64,000 nucleotides of DNA from Octopus vulgaris. Taxonomy: Eukaryota. Made by a program: the position numbers and the translations under genes. The stretch lies in NCBI GenBank assembly GCA_951406725.2, contig OX597820.1, forward strand, positions 96,472,001 through 96,536,000. The letters run 5' to 3'. Numbering within the stretch: the first letter of the stretch is position 1; each line of letters starts with the position of its first letter. The notes beneath the pieces are model-generated. The model was not told the origin of the DNA. It made no database searches and was given only the letters and a program-made list of their open reading frames with translations. This document shows, piece by piece, positions 24,001 through 36,000 of this stretch.

Positions 24001-27000
24001 AGATATGGCTCTTCATCAGGTGGGCCACACTACTAATAAAAATTCCAGGTAATTTTGCATTAGCATGACATTCAGAAAATCCTGTGGGCCACATACTGCC
24101 CATAGCTGATCTAAAATAAAATAACACTCTTGCTTACTTTTAGAAGGCGATGCCCCAAGTTAAGGTGTTTCCTTTTAGCTTCATCCATTCTGGCAACGGT
24201 ATTACGATGCTTCAGCTGCAGCTCATTCAACTCTTGGGCAATCAACTGTGTACAAAGAAAATATGTGATTAGGATTCTGATAACCAACAATGAGAGACTG
24301 ATTAGTTAAAAGATGTAGATATAATATTAAATAAGATCTATTACAGAATACTGTTTGTTGTTGCATGCAGTACATTACAGACAAATGTAGCTAAATTAAT
24401 TTGTTTATAAGCAACATACTTAACTAAGAAATAGCACTTGCTTGATAACAAACAAAAGATATTGATCATAGTGAGCATTATTAAAAGTAACATCTTAATG
24501 CTTATTAACACCAAGAGCCACCATATGGTCACTTGACTTCCTAGAAATACAAGCCATACCATACTATCTCAAAAAACGGACAAGAACACATTTGGATAAT
24601 CAGGGTCGAAATACCTTTGGTCATACATCTACTTGCTCAGGGTTGTCCAGGGTTAAACAATAACCCTAATATGTAGCCTAATGAGGCGACATGTACCAGA
24701 GAGCCACAAAAAAATTGTGATTTAAATATCATCAACCTATGAGATAAATGGCTGTCATCATCATTTGACACCTGTTTTTTGTGATGGTATGGCTTGGGTA
24801 GTTCAACAGGAGTTGGTAATGCTGGAAGTCATACCCGGCTCCATTGTCCGTTTTGGCATGGTTTCTATAGCTGGATGCCTTTGCTAATACCAACCACTTT
24901 ACAGAGTGTACTAGACAATTTTTACATGGCACTAGCACGATAATGGTGAGGACCTATAAATATTTCTCAAGAGATATGGACCAGTAAAAGATATCACAAT
25001 CATTATCATCAACATCATTTGCTTTAAAATCCACTTTCCCCTGGTTACATGGGTCAGATGGAATTCAATGAGACTCAATGAGACTCTCTGTAGCTGGATG
25101 CCCTTTCTGACACCAGCTCGCACTTGTTTCCAAGAAAGATAAGGGCACTGTCTTCAGAGGAAAAGCTTTAACTTGCTTGGATAGATGAGTGTTTTATATA
25201 TATATATATATATATATATCATTGTTTAATATCTGCCTTCCATGCTAACATGGGTATATTCTTTTGTTTCAGTCATTTGACTGAACTCAGAACCATGTGG
25301 TTGGGAAACAAGATGCTTACCACACAGCCACTCCTGCGCCTATTTAAAAATGGGTAATGAGTATATATACCATATTTCAGGGGATTTTGCCCCTTCATCA
25401 GCACCCATCTATATATTTGTGTGCGTGTGTGCACATGTTGGCTTCTCACATGCTAATCACTGCCATACAAGCAGTCACATTTGTTTGTGGTCTTCCATGA
25501 AACATGGCTGGACAACTCTTTTACTTGTTTCAGTCATTTGACTGTGGCCATGCTGAAGCACCGCCTTTAGTTGAGCAAATCGACCCCAGGATTTATTCTT
25601 TGTAAGCCTAGTACTTATCCTGTTGCTCTGTTTTGCTGAACCGCTAAGTTACGGGGACGTAAACACACCAGCATCGGTTGTCAAGTGATGTTGGGAGGGG
25701 GACAAATACAGACACACAAACATACACACACACATATATATATATACGACAGGCTTCTTTCAGTTTCTGTCTACCAAATCCACTCACAAGGCTTTGGTCG
25801 GCCCGAGGCTACAGTAGAAGACACTTGCCCAAGATGCCACGCAGTGGGACTGAACCCAGAACCATGTGGTTGGTAAGCAAGCTACTTACCACACAGCCAC
25901 TCCTACGCCAAGGACAAGGGGAAAATATTATACTGCATGGAAACAGGTATGGATTGGTGACTGGTTGAGCATGCAGCAGAAGAAAATTTGCCTCAACAAA
26001 TCTCGTCTACTTATGGAAAAGTAGACATTAACCCTCTAGTGTTCGCATTATTCTGCCAAAATTGATGCCTTTTCATCCACATTGTTTTGAACTAATCATG
26101 CATTATCTTGTAGCTATGAGATTTTGATGAGGTAGCTGTTAACTTTTAAAACAATATTGTAGGGTTGGTGTGAGAGACTAGATCTGGCCAGTTTGAACAT
26201 AGAACAGGCAGAATACTTTTGGCCGGATATGGCCGGTTTAAATGCTAAAGGGTTAAAACGATGATGATGCCGTCTTGGTAGTTATCCACCAATGAAATAA
26301 AAATGACCCAAACAGAACTGTCTTGCCAAACGATACAATGGAGCAGGTACCACCAAATATGATCCAAGAGTCAACAGCCAAATATTTCATCCCTTTGACT
26401 ATTTTATAGCAACAGAGACATATATGGTGGAAACAAACAAACTTTCTGGTCAACAATGAACTTACATCCAATCTATTTTGGTGGTTTTTAGTCTGCTGTT
26501 CCTGCTGCTTTAGACGCTGAAGGAGTTCATCAAATCCAACAATAGGAACTGGTATAAAGTTATCCGGATCTGGATTGTCTTTTTTAGCCTGCTGCCACAA
26601 TAATGGATCAATGCCTGCAAAGAGAAAGATCAGTAATATTAACTGCAAAAGACAGAACTGTCTGCAACAAGTGGGACAAACAAAAAATAAACACAGAGTT
26701 GACAACAAGAAGGTTGATAATGTGCAGAAAGAAGAGTTGGAGTTGAGATATATCTGAACGTTTTTTGGAATGTAGTGTGGCAGTGTGATCTTTCAAGAAG
26801 CTTTCAATCCAAGAAACAGATGAAACCCACAGATGAGCAGCTTACCTTGAGATTTTTATGCCAAATATGGCCAAAAATATTGCTGATGTCAGGTACAAAA
26901 TTCTTTTCACTGGTCTTTTATGTGCAACAGAAGCGGTATTAGTTTAAAATAGCAATCTACATATCCTACTAAAGCAGATACATTGTTGAAAGCCTAATTA

Positions 27001-30000
27001 ACTGCAGTATTTTTCCTGCAAATACAATATTAAGAAACACAAAAACATATCAGTAACTACTACCACTATTAGATGATTTTCGTCTGCTACTGACTTATTT
27101 TTGTGTTTTTTAATGTTGTATGTCTATAAGAGATATTATATCAGGACAATTACCACAATTAATTAGACTTTCAACGATGGATCTGCTTTAAGTATGATAC
27201 ACAGATTACTATTTTCACGGTATTTCTCAAGGTTGAATGACACAGGAGAGTGAGTCTCTAGTAGACATGGCTTTATGGAGAGTTTACGAAAAAAACAAAA
27301 GACGAAGACAGGTGGTGTCCAAAACAATCAGATGTATTAGTATAATGCTCAGGAAGAGAAAAAGTCTTTTACGTTTCGAGCCTACACTCTTCTACAGAAA
27401 GGGACACAGCAAAAACAAAGAGAGAAAAAAATGTGTGTAGTGGCTAACGATCTATCATGGTTTTATGGAAGCTGTACTAGTTGGACAGGGATTACAATGT
27501 TGAAGAAAGAGAAAGTTAATGAGTGATTCCTTCAACAGTGAAATGTTTAGACATCAGAACAATAAGTCAACAGATGGTTGTCTTCGAGCAGCTGCCATTC
27601 TTAGTCATGTGACACACTGTAGCAGATTTCCACAAATTAAGATAAAAATATTGAAGAGGAGACAAAGACAGGAGTTAGCTCTACAATACATTAATTAAGG
27701 GTTATGAAAGGAATACTGTCATGGCTGGTAGTCTTGTTGATTTGATGAGAATACAAATATTTTTGCACTTAGTGCCCTTGTGACCATAATGACAGAGCTG
27801 CTAGAATGGAGAAGAAATGCATAAACGGGTTTATTTTCTTGTATGCACAATGTGATGATGGATAGAATGTGGGCAGTAAAACTTGACACTTTGCCCTTTC
27901 AAGTTCTGTTTCCAGACAGATCTCTATGATAAATGAGCAAAAGGGATGGGCTTCAATTTGTGAGGGAGTAGGATTTTGTAGTTCTTTCTGATCCATGCAG
28001 AGTTTCTTTTCTATTTTAGATGACAGTATTGCAGGTAGTAAGACAAGTGTTGCAGAGAGTTCAGGTTTGTGAAAGATTCAGCTTCTGTGTCAGTAGGACT
28101 GGTGTGCAACAAATGCAACAGACAAGAAGAGTTGAAAACATTGAAGTTGTAACTTAATAATAAAGTAGCCCTGAGAGAATCAACCTATGATCAAAAGTGT
28201 ACCAATCACAACAACCTACCCTGTTTGTAAATTTAAGACTGTATTGTTCAATGATGAGATTTTACCATTTTTTAAAGAGAGGCTTCCGTGCCAGTGGCAC
28301 TTAAAAGGGCACCATTTGAGTGTGATCGTTGCCAGAGCAGCCAACTGGCTCTGTGACGGTGGCACGGAAAAGGGCACCATTCGAGCGTGATAGTTACCAA
28401 TGTCGCCTTACTGGCACCTGTGCCAGTGGCATGTGTAAAAAGATTCAAGCGAGGTCATTGCAAGTACCGCCTGACTGGCCCCGTGCCGGTGGCACGTAAA
28501 AAGCACCCACTACACTCTCGGAGTGGTTGGTGTTAGGAAGGGCATCCAGCTGTAGAAACTCTGCCAGATCAAGATTGGAGCCTGGTGCGGCTGTCTGGTT
28601 CGCCAGCCCTCAGTCAAAATCATCCAACCCATGCTAGCATGGAAGGCGGACGTTAAACGATGATGATGATGATGATGTGTGATTTGGATGCTATTTCTAG
28701 CAGCTTGAGTAACAACACAGAGAACTCCACTGCAAAGGATGATGATTTCAGAAAGAGATGATATGGGATAGGCATCCTTGATGCAAGACAAGAGAAGGTC
28801 AAAGAGTTGTTGTCAAAAAATATTTATTGGATATTTTTTTAATTCCTACAAGATATTTTACTTAAATTATTGTGAGATTTAATAAACAATATACTAGTTT
28901 CATTGAAGATGAGAAAATAAACATTTAAACACCTTTCTGAAAGCAAAACTTTGGCACAGGACTTCAAGAAAGTTCCTACCTGCTAATGGATTATCTAAAT
29001 ACTGCTTCAGTTGTTCAGGTGTAAGGGCTTGTTTTGAAAGGATGTGTTCAACATTGAGAGGATTTTCAGACAATCTTTTCTTTATTGTTGCATCATTTAA
29101 ATGCTCAACTACTTTGGAAGTTGGGAAACATCGTTTTTGGCCAGTCATTTGCCGTTCTTCAATATACATAACCATCTCTGTCCTGAAATTAGACAATTTA
29201 AATACTCAATACTGAATGCAAAATTCAACACAAGAAAGGCTTTACGATTTAAAAGACTTTAAATCTATTTAATAAAGGCATATACTAGCTGTAAAACTAT
29301 TTGACAGCTATTGTATTGTGACTCTAAAAGTTTCACAATTCTGTTTGCTTCAGTATGCCTGTTTGAGAAAAGGTATCCATCAAAGTTCAGAGCAGCAATA
29401 GTAACAATACCATATTTCACTATGGCTTTTGGGATGACTACGGGAAAAAAAAGCATCTGACAAACAATGGGCAAATATCAAAATTCAAAATATACTTGTC
29501 ACAACATTACAAAAAGATATGTGTGTGTGTGTGTGTGTGTATACATACACACACACTCCAATTACTCTCTCACCACTATCAAGGCACTGTTGTTTCTATC
29601 TCCTCGCCGAGAGCTGTTATGTAGCTGTCTAACACACTTCCACTTTTCTTCCTTCACTCTTTTCATCTAGACCTTCTTCTATGACTACAACCCAGTTGTG
29701 GGGTCAAGAATAGACTAAATGAATAGAGACAAGGTAGTGAAGAGAAGACAATCAATTGTTGATAACAAGACTTCCTCTCTAGTGTCAGTTACATGATACA
29801 ATGCACCCAGTAGACAATGTAACACGTTTAGCAATAGGAAGGGTATCCAGCCATACTATCATGGCAAAAATGGAATGTACAATCAAGATGTGGTCTCCCA
29901 AGGGCGAAAATTGTTAATAAGAACTGACAAAGACTATGATAACTTATCCTACCCATTCCAGCATGGAAAATCAGACATAAAAATGATAAATTCAAGAATT

Positions 30001-33000
30001 CTTTACCTGTTATCAGGCCACGGTTTTACTCCTTTAATGCACACAGAATATGATGGCTTGCCACCAAGAATCTGATATATGGTATCGCCAAAAAGTTTTT
30101 GGTTTATTAATACTTCACTATATGGTTTTTTCAGTACCAATCCAACAAGGCCATCTTCATCTTTTGTCTGAGGATTGCAGCTGTAACTGATTGCCTGTGG
30201 AAGAAATACAAACAATGAAGAATACTAACAAAGAAAACTAATATAAGACATTACATAGTAGAGGAATGAATTAATGCATTACATGGAAACACATTTAGTC
30301 TTCCAATGAAGTAAATGAGGGACAGAGAGAGGGTATATCTGTTTACTGAATGTTAATTTTACTACACAACTTATAAGAAACATTTTAAACAAGAAAGGCA
30401 AAACAAGAGAAATGTAGCACTTGATAAAAGACCAATTAGCAGAGCTGTTGAAATGCTAACTATCGTTAGAATTAATTTTGTAAATCAATCAAAATGACCA
30501 AACATTGATCCTTTAAGTGCATCCTGTTTGTAACTTCATAACAGGTACAGATATGGCCATGTGGCGAAGAAGTTTCCATTGCAACAATGTAGTTTCAAGT
30601 TCAGTTCCACCATATCGTACATCATTATCATCATCGTTTAACGTCCGCTTTCCATGCTAGCATGGGTTGGACGAATGACTGAGGTCTGGCGAACCAGATG
30701 GCTGCACCAGGCTTCAATCTTGATCTGGCAGAGTTTTTATAGCTGGATGCCCTTCCTAACGCCAACCACTCCGAGAGTGTAGTGGTCCAGGCTCCATCCA
30801 GGCATGGTTTCTATGCCCTTCCTAATGCCAACCACTTTAGAGTGTGCTGGGTTCTTTTATGCAGCATTGGCACAGGTGTGTTTACGTAGCACCAACACCC
30901 ATGAGCCTGCAAGATTAAGAATGTTCAACTGGTGAGGGATGCAGGGCACATGCATCCCTCTCCAGCAGAGTGTTCCTAATATTGCTGGCTCATGGGTGTT
31001 GGTGCCATGTAAAAAGCACCTGTGCTGATGCTGCGCCTGAACAAAATCCATTATAACTGTGACAAGAAGTATACTTCCAAACCACATAGTTTTGGGTTCA
31101 ATCCCACTGCATAGTACCTGGGACAAATGTTTTTTACTACAGCCCCAGGTCAAACAAAGCCTTGAGAGTAGATTTAGTAGACAAAAACTGAAAGAAGTCT
31201 GTCATGTGTGTATGTGTTATTCATCACTTGTTGCCAAGCAGTGATGGAGGACAGACAGACAGACATAGTGTTGGTTTGTTTACAGCCCCATAACTTAGCA
31301 GTTCAGAAAAAGAGACTAACAAAACAAGTACCAGGCTTATAATAAAATTAAGTACAGGGATTGATTCGTTCAGCTAAAATCCTTCAAGACAGAGCCCCAG
31401 CATGGCCGCAGCCCAATGACTGTAATAAGTAAAAGATAAAAGACAAAGCTAGCAATGCATTGGAGAGATAAGGGAAGAGAGCATGGAAACACTCCATAAC
31501 AATACTTACCTTAAAACGACAAAGCAAATTTTCTGATGTTAGATCGACAAAACCGTTTGAATCAAAATATGCACGACCTGTGCCCCAGTAAGCCTGCAAC
31601 TGGTTCCATTTAGCAATGATAGCATCCCTCTCATCATTGAAGATATGTGGCATCATCACAGCTTTAGCAAGATTATCCAGTTGATTGGCAACATTTGCTT
31701 GCTGCTGCTGTTGAGTGTGTGTGTCTAAAAGCAAAAAAAAAAAATGATTGAATGTAGTTCAAAGAAGTCACAGATAGCTGAAGGAGATAACAGCCATACA
31801 TCATCATCATCATCATCGCTTTAACATCCCCTCCTATTTAACCCTTCCCAATTTTTATTACTCTCTAACTTCCTGATATTAATTTCCTCTTCCCTAATAG
31901 CACTGGGAAAGTTGTTGAAAGTAAATCCAATAACAAATGTCCTGGATCCTAACAAGCAGTTGGACCCATGCTGGCAAGGTAAGAAGACTGACCCATTCCA
32001 TGAATTTAATCTGTGTCTTTACTACTCTGTCTCCTTCCCACTCTCCTTTGCACTACCTTTGACATTACTCTTCCACTTCCCATCTCTTCTGTCACCTTTA
32101 CTATCACCCCCATCACTGTTCCCTCTCTTATCCTTTCCATTACCATCCTCTCACAACAATAAATCTGTTCCTTCCATAATGGGGTCCTCTCTTTGGTTTT
32201 GCAGACTATCCCATTTATGATGGTGCCTCTAAAAAAACACCCAATACACTATGAAGTGGCTGGTGTTACAAAGAGAACCCAGCCTTAGAAATCATGCCAA
32301 AAATGAAACATTGAAGCAAGACATGGTCCTCCAGTACCCTGAATTTTATCAGACTGTCCTACTGATGCCAGCATGGAAAGTAGACATAAAATTATTATTG
32401 TTATTCAGGAGGCAAGCTGGCAGAATCAGTAGAATGCTGGGCAAAATAGTTAGTGGCATTTCATCAGCTTTTATATTCTGGGTTCAAATTCCTCTGAGGT
32501 TGACTTTGCCTTTCATCCTTTCAGGACTGATGAAATAAGTATTAGTTGAGAACAGGGACGCGTGTCAATGTAATCGACTTTCCCACCCAACAAAATTGCT
32601 GGCTTTGTACCAAAAATAAGATAACTATTATTATTAATAAGGCGGCAAGCTGGCAGAATCATTAGCACGCCGGGAGAAATGCTTAGCGGTATTTTGTCCG
32701 TCTTCATTTTCTAAGTTCAAATACTGTTGAAGTCAACTTTGCCTTTCATCATTTCGGAGTCGATAAACTAAGTACCAGTTAAACACTGGGGTCAGTATGA
32801 TTGACTTACCCCTTCCCAAAATTCGAAATCATTATTATTATTATCATCAAGAAGGCAGTGAGCTGACAGACTCATTAGCATGATGGGCAAAATGGTAAGC
32901 AGCATTTTTTCTGGCTTTATGTTCTGAGGTCAAATTCTGCAGAGGTCGACTTTGCCTTTCATCCTTTCAGAATTGATGTAATCAAATAGACTCCTCCCAA

Positions 33001-36000
33001 AAAAATTTCAGGCTTCATGCCTATAGTGGAAAAGGTTATTGTCATTATTGTGGAGGCGCAATGGCCCAGTGGTTAGGGCAGCGGACTCGCGGTTTCAATT
33101 CCCAGACCGGGCGTTGTGAGTGTTTATTGAGCGAAAACACCTAAAAGCTCCACGAGGCTCCAGCAGGGATGGTGGTGATCCCTGCTGTACTCTTTCACCA
33201 CAACTTTCTCTCCTACTTCCTGTTTCTGTTGTACCTGTATTTCAAAGGGCCGGCCTTGTCACTCTCTGTGTCACGCTGAATATCCCCGAGAACTACGTTA
33301 AGGGTACACGTGTCTGTGGAGTGCTCAGCCACTTACACGTTAATTTCACGAGCAGGCTGTTCCGTTGATCGGATCAACTGGAACCCTCGTCGTCGTAACC
33401 GACGGAGTGCTTCCAATCCAATTGTCATTATCGTTAAAAAGCAGCAAGCTGGCAGAATCATTAGCATAACAGACAAAATGTTAAGCAGCATTTCCTCCAA
33501 TTTTACATTCTGAGTTCAAATTCCACCAAAGTTGACTTTACCTGTCATCCTTCTTTTGGCTAGATAAAATAAATACTGTACCAGTCAAGTACTGAGGTTG
33601 ATGTAATTAACTTCCCCTTCCCCACAAAAAAACTGCTGGCCCATTGCCATAATTTGAAATCATTATAATAATTATTAAAAAAACACTTAATTTTTCACAT
33701 TGTTCACAGAGTTAAATAACAATTCGTAGATCTTAATTACATGATGATTAAAAGCAATAAATTTATAATATTTACGTCCAAAGAGTGATGTTGCTGCAGG
33801 AGTGGTCCCAAATGCATTGGTGGCACCAGTACTTGCAGTACTGAATCCTCCCAAGGTATTGAAGGCTTTAGGAGAAACAAAAAAAAAAAGGAAATTACAT
33901 TAATATATTGATACAAATTAATGAGATTATTAATACAAATTATTCATAAACATTATTATTATTGGTGATGAATTGGCAAAATCATTAAAGGATCGAATGA
34001 AATACTTAGTACTTGGTTACAACTCTTTCATATTCAGTGTTCAAATCCAGCTGAGGTCAACTTTGCTTTCAACCTTCTGGGCCAATAAAATAAAGTACTT
34101 CCTGCATCACAAAATTTAGCAGGACAGAATGCTTAGCGGTGTTTCACCCATCACTACATTGTGAGTTCAAATTCCGCCAAGGTCAGCTTTGCCTATCATC
34201 CTTTCAGGGTCAATAAATTAAATACCAATGAAACGCTAGGGTCAATATAATCAACTAGTCCCCTGCCCAGAATTTTCAAGCCTTGTGTTTTTAGTAGAAA
34301 GGATCTTCATCATTATTATTATTATTGTTGTTGTTGTTGTGGCAAGCTGGCAGAATCGTTAGCACACCAGGCAAGATGCTTAGCAGCATTTTGTCTGTCT
34401 TTACATTCTGAGTTCAAATTCTGCTACAGTCGACTTCACTTTTCACCCTTTCAGAGTCGATAAATTAAGTACCAGTGGAGTACTGGGGTCGATGTTGGTG
34501 AACAGTCAATGGCATTGGAGAGCATAACGATTTAGGTTGTAGTGGATTAGAAGCCACCTGAATATCGGAAAAGACTATCATGACTGCTGCTCAATGCTCT
34601 GTGAACACTGTAAAGGCAGTAAGATGTGACATGGACAGCTACAATAGAGACTACAAAGGGACAGAGCAGGTGTTCTAACTGGGACCACATACCAAAATTC
34701 ATCCAACAGCTGATGAACAGAGCCTTAGACTCAGTTCAGACAGCTATGTTAAGCTGATAAAGACTGTGGCCAAACCCTGGCTGGAGAGGGTTGTTGCTGG
34801 AAGGCCATGTGTGAGGCAACAGGATTTAGCTCTTTGCCATACCTCTGTAAAGAGTCGAATGTGACTGTCAGAGAATTTCTATGACTTCACCAGCACCAAT
34901 TTCTGGCTTAATTCCTCCAATTGTAATCCCATAGATTACTATGTGTGAAGTGTGGTTGAGAAAGACACCAACTGCTCTGCATGCAACACCAAGGCCAAGA
35001 AAGTGTTCAAAGACCTCAAGGACACAGTAAGGATTGCATGTACCAGTTTATGAAGCCATTTCAAGGCTGTGGTGGAAGCTGAGGATGGCTATTTTGAGTA
35101 AACAATTATCTCCTAGCTATAATAGTTGACATTTTTTGATTTTTTAAAATTTTCATTATCATCATCATCATTTAACATCCATTTTCCATGGTGGCATGGG
35201 TTGGACAGTTTGACTGAAAACTCATAAATTGGGGATCTGCACCAAGTTCCAATCTGAAATGGCATGGTTTCTACATCTGGAAGCCCTTTCTAATGCCAGC
35301 CACTCCAAGAGTGTTGTGGGTGCCATTTGCAAGACACCAGCATCAGCCACAATTACAATCTCACTTAGCTTGACAGGTCTTCTCAAGCACAGTGTATTGC
35401 CAAAGGTCTCAGTCACTTGTCCCTGACTCCAAAAGGCCCAAAATTTGTAGGGAACTGAAATTCCAATTAATACAACAGGGATATATTATGAAATTAACAT
35501 TAGAGAAACTCACCTGAAGTTCCTGTTCCAAGAGTAGGAAATCCTTTTAATCCTTTATGAAAAAAAAAGAAAATTTATTTTAAAACCCAAATAAAATTGA
35601 AAGTCATCAACAATATTCATTAATTACCAAAATATTAATAAGAATTCTAAAACACTTTATTTTATCAACACTGAAAAGCAATTTTGTCTTATATTCAAAC
35701 AAATTTGCCAGTTTTCCAACCTTGTAAACAAGGGCAAGTTTCTGTTTTCAACATTAATCAACAATCATATTGAAACGTGAATAAAATGATTTGATTGAAG
35801 ACACCATTAGCATCTACACAAGAACCTTTATTTACTTGCTCAAGCTAAGAGAAACAGCAGTAAAATTTGCTTTAACACATCCTGCCAACTTCATAAAAGA
35901 AACACTTTAGATATCATAGTTTGTAGTACAATTACCTGGTAAGAAAATACCACAGCTTGAAAGCTTTTGGCCTGCTTGATCAGAGCCAACTTGGAACAAA

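Larger units (their letters stand above)
32405..34495 (+). mobile_element. Tandem SINE arrays on both sides of Nup54 exon 3 (~32405-33665, ~33960-34495)
   Basis: About seven copies of the unit seen at 5980-7205, separated by (ATT)n. Confidence 0.85.
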
